Shown one piece after another: positions 1-12,505 of a stretch of DNA of 64,000 bases. Below the pieces are notes generated by a model. It was not told where the DNA came from. It saw only the letters and a list, made by a program, of their open reading frames with translations, and searched no databases. Position 1 is the stretch's first letter, and each line of letters begins with the position of its first letter. The DNA is from Octopus vulgaris (Eukaryota), in assembly GCA_951406725.2 (NCBI GenBank), contig OX597815.1:10106001-10170000 (forward strand), given 5' to 3'. A program made the position numbers and the translations under genes.

Positions 1-240
1 ACGGGAATGTAAACACACCAGCATCGGTTGTCAAGCGATGTTGGGGGGACAAACACATACACATAAAAATATATATACATATACATATATACGATGGGCT
101 TCTTTCAGTTTCTGTGTACCAAATCCACTTACAAGGCTTTAGTTGGCCTGAGGCTATAGTAGAAGTCACTTGCCCAAGGTGCCACGCAGTGGGACTGAAC
201 CCGGAACCATGTAGTTGGTAAGCAAGCTACTTACCCCAGA
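1..240 (-). mobile_element. SINE family A, partial
   Basis: Reverse match to family A. Confidence 0.8.
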
Positions 241-1181
241 GGTACAGTATTTTGCACTGTAAAATAATCTTCAGTCAATTGCTGACGAAGAGACAAAAAC
301 TCCACTGAAATATCTTTTGAATGAGAAGATCAAAAGTGCTCTAACATTTCATGGCAATTTCTATAAACCTGGTCAAAGACGGGAACTGCCTAAAATCTTG
401 GATAACTTCATGAAGAAATCACAATCATACACCCTTCATCTCTCATACGCAAGCACAAATTTGTTTTAAAGTGGGATTTTTTTTTGTTTATGTAACTTTT
501 GCATTGTCTTTATTCTTACTGTATCTATTACATCTGCAGATGTGCACACACACAGAGATATGCAAACACAAAGAAAACAGAGCAGATAGAAGCTAGTTTT
601 AAAGGTATGTTGAAGAGGACAAGATAGACAAGATAAGTGGCATAGCTAACAGAGAGAGTAACACAAGATGTTATGAATTAACTTCCTAGTTTTAAAAGGT
701 ATGTCACAGAGGAATAAGATAGATAAGTAATGACACACCTAAAGATAAACTTCTTCAGCAATTTTACTTTACCGTGCAAAATACTGAAGATCAGATAAAT
801 CAATTGTCCTATATCCACTATTATTTCTATATAACACCTATACTGTGTTTTGAACTCCAAACAACATAGTATGAAAACAAAAATAGCATAGAAAACTGGT
901 TTGATACCAAAACACATAACTTAAAACTACTAACCCACATTGGTACTGAAACAGCTTAAAATCAGCCTACTTCAGTACCAAAACAAACAGCTTAAATTTT
1001 AACTAGTTCAATTTGTTGACATACATTTTCACACACCTTTAAAAAATGATTTCTTATTTAGGCCTATATGATTTATATGAAAAACAATGCAACATTCTTG
1101 CCCCTCTTAATTAACAATGCTCAAAGTGAAATAGTTTCAAGCGTCTGGCTTACCTTCTGAATTACCTAGCTCTATACCAAT

Positions 1182-1502
1182 GGAGGCACAATGGCCCAGT
1201 GGTTAGGGCAGTGGACTCGCCTAAAAAGCTCCACGAGGCTCCGGCAGGGGATGGTGGTGATCCCTGCTGTACTCTTTCACCACAACTTTCTCTCACTCTT
1301 ACCTCCTGTTTCTGTTGTACCTGTATTTCAAAGGGCCGGCCTTGTCACTCTCTGTGTCACGCTGAATATCCCCGAGAACTACGTTAAGGGTACACGTGTC
1401 TGTGGAGTGCTCAGCCACTTACACGTTAATTTCACGAGCAGGCTGTTCCGTTGATCGGATCAACCGGAACCCTCGTCGTCGTAACCGACGGAGTGCTTCT
1501 CT
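1182..1502 (+). mobile_element. tRNA-derived SINE family D (tRNA-Arg-like head)
   Basis: GGAGGCACAATGGCCCAGTGGTTAGG A-box head; TSD TCTATACCAAT at 1171-1181 and 1503-1513. Confidence 0.8.
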
Positions 1503-1553
1503 TCTATACCAATGTGTTATGTCACACGTTCGGGTGTCCTCTACTCTATTAGT

Positions 1554-1860
1554 GGAGGCATATGGCTTAGTGGTTAGAGCAGCGGACTCGCGGTTGAGGG
1601 ATTGCGGGTTTGAATCTCAGACCGGGCAATGTGTGTGTTTATGAGCGAAACACCTAAGCTCCACGCAGCTCCGGCAGAAAGTACTGGCGAACTTCTGCTG
1701 ACTCATTCGCCACAACTTTCTCTCATTCTCTCCTCCTGCATCTTGCAGCTCACCTGCAACAAATCAGTGTCCCATCCAGGTGGGGAACCTATATGCCAAG
1801 GAAACCAGAAAACCGGCCCTTATGAGCCAGGCATGGCTCGAGAAGGAACTCTACTACTAC
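1554..1860 (+). mobile_element. tRNA-Arg-like SINE, related subfamily
   Basis: tRNA-like head with GGACTCGCGG anticodon arm and B box; (CTA)n tail. Confidence 0.75.
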
Positions 1861-2125
1861 TCAACTCTGACGTCTAGACTTCTCCCTCTATATCTACGTA
1901 TTGGGCTAGCCTACTTCATTGTCTGGGGGCGTCCACACAACACAATGTTACCCAGGTACACTTGTTCTACCTATTTCTATTTCTCTTGTCATTCTTATTG
2001 TGTCTCACTGTCCAAATCCTGCATCAAATATTTCCCCCAATTCTTCTAATCAGAAACTGCAATCCACTGGAATCCAAACACCTGCCAACACTTTTCCAAA
2101 CACTGGCCTACAGGATCCTTTAGAT

Positions 2126-2344
2126 CAGTGGTTTTCAACCAGGGTTCTGCGGAACCTTAGGGTTCTGCCAGTACAGTCCAGGGGTTCCGCAAGAAGTTAC
2201 AAAAATGCTAAAATTGACAGTAATTTTTAATTCTTCTGTGCAGATATGTGTGCATAAGACAATTAAATTATTGCACAGGGGTTCCTCGAGCCAGAGGAAC
2301 GTTTCCTTGGGGTTCCGCTTAAGCAAAAAGTTTGAAAAGCACTG
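2126..2344. mobile_element. hAT (Charlie-like) MITE
   Basis: CAGTG...CACTG termini and a perfect 8-bp TSD CTTTAGAT on both sides. Confidence 0.85.
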
Positions 2345-3033
2345 CTTTAGATGAACATCAAGCACATCAATCTTCCAATCGACTGGAAGAGTGAAATGGC
2401 TAAACGGATATATGATGAACTCTCAGTCTGAGAGCCAAATCCATTGCGGTTGTTTTGTGTTCAAGGACAGGAAACTTGATTCTACACACACCAATTCATC
2501 TAGCTGTTAAGAACAGAAGTACCAGAAATTCAAGGAAGAACGTACCAATAATAAACTAACATCATATCTAGGAGCTAAGAATTTTTGGAATAGCTTAACA
2601 TCTCAGAAATCACAGCAATGTTTCTGTGGTTTATGAAAAAACTGAACAGTTCACCCATCCTCAGCAGAGCAGACAATAAAAAGCTGAAGAACATGTGATG
2701 GCATCAAAGGAATCTGTGTTGGCATTTCTGAGAGTGTAGAGTATTCTATTAATAAATCGAGATTATAGGTCCACTGTCTGTAATTTTTAGTTTGATGGTA
2801 CATGGACATTTTTTAGAGTGTAGTGTCTTCTGTAAATGCAGTTTGGATTACAGACACCCTTGGCTAGTTTGGCAAAATGAGTGCAGTCAAACCAACAGAT
2901 AAAGTAGCACTGATATAGAGGAGTACAGGGTGTGCAATATTTATTCACTCAAAAATCTCACAACTGCTGGGGAATATCAACAACAAAACCGCAGACATAC
3001 AATATATAGACGTGCTTGTATCTATATTATGTA

Positions 3034-3421
3034 CTAGCAGTATCGCCCGGCGTTGCTCGGGTTTGTAAGGGAAATAACTATATAAGCATTTTTAGAGAGT
3101 TACAGCCAAAGAATAGCAAAAAAATGCATTAAAAATGGAAAACAAATTATGGTAATTTTTTTTTAAATCGTTGACTCATCGTAGACATTTTTAGAGAGTT
3201 ACTTCCCTTATATAATAGCGAAAAAATGCATTAAAATGGAAAAAAATGATGGTAAATTTTTTTTTAAATCGTAGACTCATGCTAATACCCAGAAGGGCTC
3301 GATATGAATCACGACTATAAGATACCCGGTTTTGGTTAAACTGCACCGCAAAATGTGGGAGTAGTTAGGAATCTAAATCGTAGGAGACAGACAGCACACA
3401 ACCTCTCTTTTATATATAAAT
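3034..3421 (-). mobile_element. Non-autonomous Helitron (same family as 31248)
   Basis: Reverse copy with an internal duplication; CTAG and hairpin end. Confidence 0.82.
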
Positions 3422-3735
3422 ATTTATAAAAATCTCTGCTTCAATGCTTATTTTTCCATGTTAGCAAGGGTCAGAGGAAACACAATGAGGCAAGACTTTC
3501 TACGGCCGGTTGCACTTTCTCTCACCAAACCTAACCTGTATGAACAATGAACAGATCAATGGCCAGAAATGCTTTCACAGTAGCCCCTTGTGTGCAATAA
3601 AGAAATAAGAAATGCATTCGCAGAAGTTTGTCAATAATGACACTGTATAAAGCTTTTCATGCAGCATGTACACATCAGCCAAAGACAAGGCATAAACACA
3701 CACACACACACACATGCATGCATGCTTGTATACAT

Positions 3736-4143
3736 AGGCGCAGGAGTGGCTGTGTGGTAAGTAGCTTGCTAACCAACCACATGGTTCCGTGTTCAGTCCC
3801 ACTGCGTGGCATCTTGGGCAAGTGTCTTCTGCTATAGCCCCGGGCCGACCAATGCCTTGTGAGTGGATTTGGTAGACGGAAAGACTGAAAGAAGCCTGTC
3901 GCATATATATGTATATATATATAAATGTGTATGTGTGTGTGTGTTTGTCCTCCTAGCATTGCTTGACAACCGATGCTGGTGTGTTTACGTCCCCGTCACT
4001 TAGCGGTTCGGCAAAAGAGACCGATAGAATAAGTACTGGGCTTACAAAGAATGAGTCCCGGGGGGGTCGATTTGCTCGACTAAAGGCAGTGCTCCAGCAT
4101 GGCCGCAGTCAAATGACTGAAACTAGTAAAAGAGTAAAGAGTA
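3736..4143 (+). mobile_element. SINE family A (tRNA-like head, internal (TA)n(TG)n tract)
   Basis: AGGCGCAGGAGTGGCTGTGTGGTAAG head and GTTCAGTCC B box; many near-identical copies in the window. Confidence 0.85.
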
Positions 4144-4528
4144 GACTACATGAGCTTCTTAGTTTCTAGCTATCAATTCCACTCAGAAGGCAACTGATTC
4201 AGCACGAGGCCATAGAATAGAAGGCATCTGAATAGAATGAGAATGAATCCTAAATCATGCAGTTACAAAGCAAATTCTTAAATCACTGAGTCTTGCCTAC
4301 ATCTCTGCACACATACAAACACACACACAGAGGGTATGTGGAAATTATGAAAACTAGATATAATAATTAAAAGGTTCTATTTTCAGCATAGCATCAGAGA
4401 CATGGCATAAAAGTAAATTCAATGTTGCTAAAGAATGCATTGATATCCAAACCGCTTATAATAATACAAGTCTGAATCAAACAGTTATTTACATAGAGAA
4501 ATGCAACAATTTTAAGTGTTAGGAAGAT

Positions 4529-5245
4529 CATCATTATCATCATCATCGTTTAACGTCCGCTTTCCATGCTAGCATGGGTTGGACAATTTTGACTGAGGGC
4601 TGGCAAACCAGATGGCTGCACCAGGCTCCAGTCTCAATCTGGCAGAGTTTCTACAGCTGGATGCCCTTCCTAATGCCAACCACTCAGAGAGTGTAGTGGG
4701 TGCTTTTTACGTGCCACCGGCACGGGGGCCAGTCATGCGGTACTGGCAATGACCTCGCTCGAATCTTTTTACACATGCCACCGGCACAGGTGCCAGTAAG
4801 GTGATGCTGGTAACGATCACGCTCGAATGGTGACCTTTTATGTGTCACGGGAACGGAAGCCAGTTGACTGCTCTGGCAACGATCACGCTTGGATGGTGTT
4901 CTTGGCACCCTACTAGCACAGGCATAGGCAGGCATCATCATCATCATCGTTTAGTGTCCGCTTTCCATGCTAGCATGGGTTGGATGGTTCAACTGGGGTC
5001 TGTGAAGCCAGAAGGCTGCATCAGGCCCAGTCTGATCTGGCAGTGTTTCTACGGCTGGATGCCCTTCCTAATGCCAACCACTTCGTGAGTGTAGTGGGTG
5101 CTTTTTACGTGCCACCCGCACAGGTGTCAGACTGAGCTAGAAAACGGCCACGGACGGATGGTGCTTTTTACGTGCCACCCGCACAGGTGCCAGACGGAGC
5201 TGGCAAACGGTCACGGACGGATGGTGCTTTTTACTTGCCACCGGG
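4529..5245 (-). mobile_element. Two family C retroposons
   Basis: (CAT)n tails at 4529 and 4933. Confidence 0.8.
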
Positions 5246-5564
5246 CATGACTGAGAAAAAAGTTGGAGAGTCTGAGGGTAAGAAATACATGTAGTTTGAA
5301 CAGCAAATGCATTTAAGGTGAAATGAAGAAATCAATGCACAGGGTTTGTAACATGGCAGAATCAGGAAACAAGAGCCAGCTGACCCCTCGTACTTCAACC
5401 CCTCGTGCCCTGCCTACCATAAAGCCTGCCACCCACCACCTCTCCTGGAGTTTGTACCCTTGCGACCTGCATGGAGAGCTCACTAGTGCTGTTGGCACGA
5501 AGACAAGCACTCAGTATACGTTGGAAATTGGTTGTCGTTAAAAAAGGACATACAGACCCTAAAT

Positions 5565-5992
5565 GGCAATCTTTCGTCTCCAGTAGACCTTTCCGTCGAT
5601 TTCCGTAAAAAAAATTTTTTTTTTACATATGGGCTTGCGGGAACTTTTGAAGTAATGTGAGCGAAAGAGACTAAGAGAAAGCGATTGTATGACGAGGGAA
5701 GTTCTTTTGAAGTTACCGTGCATGGGAAGCATTGATGTACAATGTGTGTGTGTGTGTGTTTGATGGGGTGTGGGAGACAGACAGTATGTTGTGTAAGTGA
5801 AGTGCTTCTGTTAGTGTGTGTGAAGAGACAGAGAGAGTAATGTGTGAAAGAAAGAGATAACTGAAATTTTTTACTCGGTGTATGTGTATATGTATGTATA
5901 TTACTTCAAAAGTTCCCGCAAGCCCATATGTAAAAAAAAATATTTTTTTTACGTAAATCGACGGAAAGGTCTACTAGAGACGAAAGATCGCC
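5565..5992. mobile_element. MULE/Mutator-type MITE family 1, longer copy
   Basis: Same TIRs (~90 bp, imperfect) and interior as the 21191 copy. Confidence 0.8.
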
Positions 5993-6657
5993 GACATAGA
6001 AAACATGCCAAAGCAGACATTGGAGCACGATGCAAACCTTGCCCAAATCGGATCCTGTCAACCCGCCCAACCCATGCAAGCACGGACCATGACCGCTAAA
6101 CGATGATGGATGCTGATGAAAAATATATCGTTGCTACAAACAAAATACAGAGCACTTATGTGTAATAGTATGCATGTATGTATGTATGTATGTAGGTAGG
6201 TACTTTTTGAAGTACCTGTACGGTAGTGTATACTGACTGACACGTTGTCAATTTCCATTTGTTTATTTTATTTCGTTAGATTTTTCCCGTAACACAACGA
6301 AGCAACAAATTATAAATAAAGAGAACGGCAAAGAGAGAAATGGCGATTCGCCATGTGGGAAAATTAATTTACAGAAATACCACCACCACCACCCACCTCC
6401 TCGTAATCGCCACCGCCTTCATGTCTGGCGAAGTATTATTATTGCTACCACCACTACTATTACTACTGCTGCTATTATTATCATAACCACCACTATTGCC
6501 ACTAATATCAACACTACTACTAACTAAGATTTACAACTACTATCACCATCGTTCCTATTTCAAGGTAGCCACATACCATGTTAAGATAGGCGCAACATCC
6601 ACCCACGCTTTTCGGGGCACAGTAACGAAATCAATTGCGCGCGCGCGCATGTGTGTG

Positions 6658-6693
<36 letters not shown>

Positions 6694-6792
6694 CAGACAG
6701 ATGGACGGCTAGACGGATAGATAGACGAATAGACAGATAGAGAGAGAGAGAGAGAGACTTGTTTAGATAGATAGATAGATAGATAGATAGAC

Positions 6793-6823
<31 letters not shown>

Positions 6824-6900
6824 CAGATAGATAGAGAGAGAGAGATAGGCTTGTTTAGATAGATAGAGAGAGAGAGATAGGCTTGTTTAGATAGATAGAC

Positions 6901-6963
<63 letters not shown>

Positions 6964-7012
6964 GAAGATAGATAGATATAGATAGATAGACAGACAGACA
7001 TACAGACAGACA
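6658..7012. repeat. (GATA)n/(GA)n microsatellite
   Basis: Direct inspection. Confidence 0.95.
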
Positions 7013-7484
7013 GTCTTATTTAGACAGATAATCACGACATGATTTCTTAGAGTGTACATATGTGGATGTCTTAAATTGTAGAAACAGGTTTCTTCATCAA
7101 AGCTGATCATATACACTGACTCTTCGACGAGTTTCTCCTCGTCTATGTATTTCTTTAGGCGGCAAGATTGTGCGTGCACGCAGGTCGTTGTTTGCTTAGC
7201 AGGTCACTACTTCAATATTTACAAACAACTGACGATAAAAGTGTAACGTAATCATTCTTACGAAATCTAATGAATTAAAAAACTATCGAAGTTCGGATTC
7301 TAGTGTAATTTCTTATCGTTAATCGTGTAATACTTTTTCTTTTTCAATTTGCTACGTAAATGGAGGCCTATTTTGTTGTTTCCATTCTCAACGAACTACG
7401 CTGACCCCAGTTTCTTAATCCATATGTTCCAAGTTTTTTATAATTGTTAAATTCATTGCCGGGACATATGAATTTATTTAGGCT

Positions 7485-7800
7485 TGGCTTCGAGCTTACG
7501 ATCGTGAGGTTGTGAGCTCGAATCCCGGACCGGGCTGCGTGTTGTGTTCTTGAGCAAGACACTTTATTTCACGTTGCTCCAGTTAACTCAACTGTAGAAA
7601 TGAGTTGCGTCGTCACAGGTGCCAAGCTGTATCGGCCCCTTTGCTTTTCCCTTGGATAACATCAGTGGCGTTTAGAGGGGGAGGCTGGCATGCATGGGCA
7701 ACTGCTGCTCCTCCATGAAAACACCCTTGCTCGGACTTGTACCTCGGAGGGTAACTCTCTAGGTGCAAACCCATGGTCAGTGTCTGACCGAAGGGGGTCA
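7485..7800 (+). mobile_element. tRNA-derived SINE (distinct family)
   Basis: tRNA-like B-box region (GCTCGAATCCC), followed by a TTGAGCAAGACACTT core typical of SINEs. Confidence 0.6.
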
Positions 7801-8364
7801 CACACACACACACAAATGAAGAATATCAAAGTGAAAACTCTTTATACATGGAAAATGAATAGCTTGAACTAGGCGGAACACAGGAACATGTGGTTCGGAA
7901 AAACCGCTTTAATTTGGTTTGTTAAGTGTATAAAGATAGTCACGATCTTATAACTGACAATATACTATACAAATTAACTGCATAAGGACCAACGAATTTA
8001 TGCAATTAAGCGGAATCCACAGTGTGTATGAGTTTGTGTGTGTGTGCGCGCCCACAACTAGCCATTCAACAAAACCACTTACACATTTAGTTCACAACTC
8101 AATCATATGGTTACTCATGTGACTAGACTACGTTTCTTACTTGAGATTGCGTGTTTATATATATACACACACACACACACATACATCGCTGCTTGTCCAG
8201 TCCATAAAATAAAGCACCAGTCGAGCACTGGGGTCGTTGTAATCGAATGGTCAATCGGAGCCCCTTACGTGGGGGCGTGACCTTCATGATCTTCGTTTCT
8301 CCATCCCATCACACTTCCATACGCTTTTAACCCCATAATTTCGTCCCCACCCTCCCCCTCTATT

Positions 8365-8763
8365 CTATTTTCCTATCTTTTACTTGTTTCAGTTATTCGA
8401 CTGCGGCCATGCTGGGGCACCGCCTTGGGGAATTTTAATCGAACGAATCGATCCCAATCGACCCTAGTACTTAATTTTTGTTATATATTCTATTCGTTCT
8501 TTTCCCGACCCACGAAGCTAAGGATACATAAATACATCAAGCGGTGGTGGAGGAAAATCACACACACACACACACATATATATAGATAGATATACATATA
8601 TATAACGGGCTTCTTTCAGTTTCCGTCAACCAAATTCACTAACAAGGCTTTGGTCGGTCCGAGGCTATAGTAGAAGGCGACCAAGGTGCCACGCAGTGGG
8701 ACTGAACCCGGAACCATGTGGTTAGGAGGCAAACTTCTTACCACACAGCCACTACTGCGCCTA
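8365..8763 (-). mobile_element. SINE family A, diverged copy
   Basis: Reverse match; its head abuts the tRNA-Asn terminator. Confidence 0.7.
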
Positions 8764-8777
8764 TAAAAAAGATAGCT

Positions 8778-8851
8778 CATCCCTGGCTGGGCTCGAACCA
8801 CCCCTCTTTCGGTTAACAGCCGAACGCGCTAACAGACTGCACCACAGAGAC
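8778..8851 (-). tRNA. trnN-GUU: tRNA-Asn(GUU) gene or recent pseudogene
   Basis: GTCTCTGTGGTGCAGTCTGTTAGCGCGTTCGGCTGTTAACCGAAAGAGGGGTGGTTCGAGCCCAGCCAGGGATG matches the metazoan tRNA-Asn cloverleaf with anticodon GTT. A T6 Pol III terminator follows 7 nt downstream. It carries a D-loop G18>U change and a T-stem mismatch. Confidence 0.8.
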
Positions 8852-8936
8852 AGTTGCTCATTATGTCCCAATTGTACTTATTTGCACACTGGCGTATAGA
8901 AAGGGCCAGCATATTTTGTGTTGCATGTTTTTACCA

Positions 8937-9032
8937 ATAATGCTGACGAAGGATGACGGCTGCAACGTGTCACGCAACAGGGCCTTACGTAATTTTAACG
9001 ATGACCACCATTCAGAAACACGTGTACATTAT
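8937..9032 (+). ncRNA. Type I hammerhead ribozyme motif
   Basis: ataatg-CTGACGA-aggatg...cattca-GAAAC-acgt-GTA-cattat. Stem I is 6 bp perfect, stem II is GGAUG/CAUUC with a mismatched closing pair, and stem III is the palindrome ACACGTGT. Confidence 0.65.
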
Positions 9033-9472
9033 ATATAAAGCACAAATACACGTGTTTCTTATCGACACGACGTGCGTACTCCAAACACGAGACTATCTGG
9101 AGCTATAAACGGTTGTCATAGGAATAAAGTGTGTGTGTGTGTGCGTGTAATCCAAGCCTTTTTGGATTATACATACACATAAGCTTCATTAAATGTAAAG
9201 TACTAAACTACAAGACATACTAGGTTTAACCGAGTTTACAAAAAGTGCACTGTATTTTTTTTACGTATGTGTGCAAACTTTAACCGGGTTTCTGCGAGTA
9301 TTTATTTTTTGTACCTCGACTGCTTTGTCTTGCTCTTGCATTCTAGGTGCACTATTTTTAACTCACTTAAAACTAGTATTCTTGCAGTAGTTTGATGCTC
9401 TATATTTAACTAAGCCTCGACTAACGTGTGTTTACAACTGCCTGGGTGTGTGTAAATATATACATACATACA

Positions 9473-9518
<46 letters not shown>

Positions 9519-9627
9519 TAAATTTAAAATGAGGGTAAGAAATTAGATATTAATTTAATTAACATCGATTTCACATCAGTGGTCTAGCATATAAAAAAAC
9601 TGAAGGTTCAGTAAAATTGTATTATAT

Positions 9628-9772
9628 ACATATTAGAGGGAACCCACAATGTGGACACCCTTACGCAAGAAATAGATCCGCTATGTTCTTGAGAACATCT
9701 ATTAGTGGTAAGACCATAGCGGATCTATTTCTAGCGTAAGGGTGTTCACATAATGGTTTCCCTCTAATATGT
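9628..9772. repeat. Inverted repeat (~63-bp arms) in a (TA)n-flanked module
   Basis: Imperfect palindrome with a 19-nt loop. Confidence 0.85.
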
Positions 9773-9785
9773 GTGTATATATATA

Positions 9786-9949
9786 TTTCTTTATTGCCCA
9801 CAGGGGGGTAAACATAGAGGGGAAAAACAAGGACAGACAAAGGGATTAAGTCGATTACATCGCCTCCAGTGCGAAACTGGTACTTTATTTAATCGACCCC
9901 GAAAGGACGAAAGGCAAAGTCGACCTCGGCGGAATTTGAACTCAGAACG

Positions 9950-9983
<34 letters not shown>

Positions 9984-10148
9984 CTTTACTGCCCACAAGG
10001 GGCTAAACACAGAGGGGGCAAACAAGAACAGACAAAGGGATAAGGTCGATTACATCGACCCCCAGTGCGAAACTGGTACTTTATTTAATCGACCCCGAAA
10101 GGATGAAAGGCAAAGTGGACCTCGGCGGAAACTGAACTCAGAACGTAA
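9786..10148 (-). mobile_element. Two headless SINE family B bodies separated by (TA)n
   Basis: Two ~165-bp copies truncated at the same point. Confidence 0.75.
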
Positions 10149-10877
10149 TATATATATTATATATATATCATTGCAAAATTTCAGTCGTTTAGACTCGGCG
10201 GGTGAAAAAAAACTGGTACTAATTGGTGCAGTCCCTCCCATTCGCCACCAAACTTTTCCGTCTACAAACTGTAGTAGTACCCATACAGAGCATTGACACA
10301 TGTACACATACATACAATGATATTACTACAAATTATGACTCACAACTACCCAGTACTGAACTTACACTAGTTGCCTGTCGGTGGTGGTATGTAATGAGAT
10401 TTAAACAATTACAGCAATTATGAGTAGTATCGCTGCTGCTAATTCTTCAGTCTACTACTACTACTACTAATAAAAACTACAACCACGGCTTTCCACTGAA
10501 GTTTATTACATAATATATAAATAGACCGGGGAAACCTATACGGATTACGGAGAGAGAACAGACACACATTCGAAGCACCTTATAAATATAAGCTTGGGGG
10601 AAGCTGTGTGATGGTGCCCAAAAAGGCTTTGATCCATAATAGCATTAGATATGTTTCTTTATTAGCCATACAGGGCTGCACACAGACAGAAAAAATTACA
10701 AGTTAGAGCTTTTCTTTTGAGGGTAAAAAAAAAGGGGGTTGGTTTTCGATCAAAAGGGATCGTAAAAGGAAAGAAAGAGGACAAAAAAAGGGGAGGATTT
10801 TAAAAAAAAATAGCATTAGATAGGTAGAAACGAGTGGGATTTAAAATGTCCAATTCAAACTTTTATAGATTAGTTGA

Positions 10878-11362
10878 AAGTGGCTGTGTGGTAAGTAGCT
10901 TGCTAACCAACCACATGGTTCTGGGTTCAGTCCCACTGCGTGGCATCTTGGGCAAGCATCTTCTGCTATAGCCCCGGGCCGACCAATGCCTTGTGAGTGG
11001 ATTTGGTAGACGGAAACTGAAAGAAGCCCGTCATAGGCGCAGGAGTGGCTGTGTGGTAAGTAGCTTGCTAACCAACCATATGGTTCTGGGTTCAGTCCCA
11101 CTGCGTGGCACCTTGGGAAAGTGTCTTCTGCTATAGCCCCGGGCCGACCAATGCCTTGTGAGTGGATTTGGTAGACGGAAACTGAAAGAAGCCCGTCATA
11201 GGCGCAGGAGTGGCTGTGTGGTAAGTAGTTTGCTAACCAGCCACATGGTTCTGGGTCCAGTCCCACTGCATGGCATCTTGGGCAAGTGTCTTCTGCTATA
11301 GCCCCGGGCTGACCAATGCCTTGTGAGTGGATTTGGTAGACGGAAACTGAAAGAAGCCTGTC

Positions 11363-11431
<69 letters not shown>

Positions 11432-11655
11432 TGTGTGTGTATATGTTTGTGTGTCTGTGTTTGTTCCCCTAGCATTGCTTGACAACCGATGCTGGTGTGT
11501 TTACGTCCCCGTCACTTAGCGGTTCGGCAAAAAGAGACCGATAAAATAAGTACTGGGCTTACAAAAAGAATAAGTCCCGGGGTTCGATTTGCTCGACTAA
11601 AAGGCGGTGCTGCAGCATGGCCGCAGTCAAATGACTGAAACAAGTAAAAGGGTAA
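10878..11655 (+). mobile_element. SINE family A with triplicated 165-bp head
   Basis: Three tandem head units (period 165 bp) followed by one tail. Confidence 0.85.
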
Positions 11656-12060
11656 AAAGAGATATGCAGCTCTAGGACTAAACACGCACACACATACACA
11701 AATGCAGTGTGTGCATATTATATAAATCGAAATGAAAAAGTTACACATGCACCGACATAACAGTCTGAAAATGTTAGTCACTACAGAATATAAACAAAAC
11801 TATGAGATAACCGACATAGTAGTGCATACGTGTGATGGGGGCTGAAGTACGGATTACATACTCCCTGGCGTGAGCCTTATTTGGTCAACACCACAAACGA
11901 AAATCACTAAAGGCGGTGCGACGGAACCACTATGTGGTTACCTGACCTGCTAGATATAACGGTGAAATTTCCTCGAAATCACTCTCGATTATCTTTAGAA
12001 CAAAACGGAACACATTAGATAGTGAAAAGGAAAAGATCTGATCCTTGTTATCCTAGATAC

Positions 12061-12316
12061 GGTACTACTTAAGAAGAGTGGTCCCCCGGTGCCCGACTCG
12101 AATGCTCTCGCGTATTCGCGCTAGCTAGTCGTGACTAGTCGATCCTACAACGACTACCTAGCAAAGTAAATAAAACACAAAATAAATAAATTTTTTACAC
12201 AAAGTAAATAATTTATTAAAAAAAGTAAATAACACAAAAACACAAAGTAAGGATCGACTAGTCATGACTAGCTAACGCGGATGCGCGCACCGGGACCACT
12301 CTTGTTAAGTAGTACC
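12061..12316. mobile_element. MULE-type MITE family 2 (GGTACTACTT TIR)
   Basis: Long imperfect TIRs with an AT-rich core; 9-bp flanks CCTAGATAC/CATAGATAC. Confidence 0.75.
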
Positions 12317-12505
12317 CATAGATACTGTGCCGGAAAAGATAATAACTTCACCGAAACAAAGTATAAGCCAAATTTGAAAATAGGATATTAAGTTCAGCAT
12401 CGAGTCTCCCCATCGATAAATATATTGTTATTCCTGAAATTATTTAAACTAATAACCATAAATAAAGTATAAACACACACGCGCACACACATTAAATTTT
12501 ATATA

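Noticed and set aside
263-468. ~68-codon open frame and a CTGACGA...GAAA pair
   Set aside because: No convincing splice sites or recognisable motif; hammerhead stems I and III do not form.
6763-7179. 138-aa minus ORF
   Set aside because: Mostly (GATA)n; the unique part has no splice donor or recognisable homology.
10841-11485. 214-aa ORF with repeated domains
   Set aside because: Antisense reading of triplicated SINE heads plus (TA)n.
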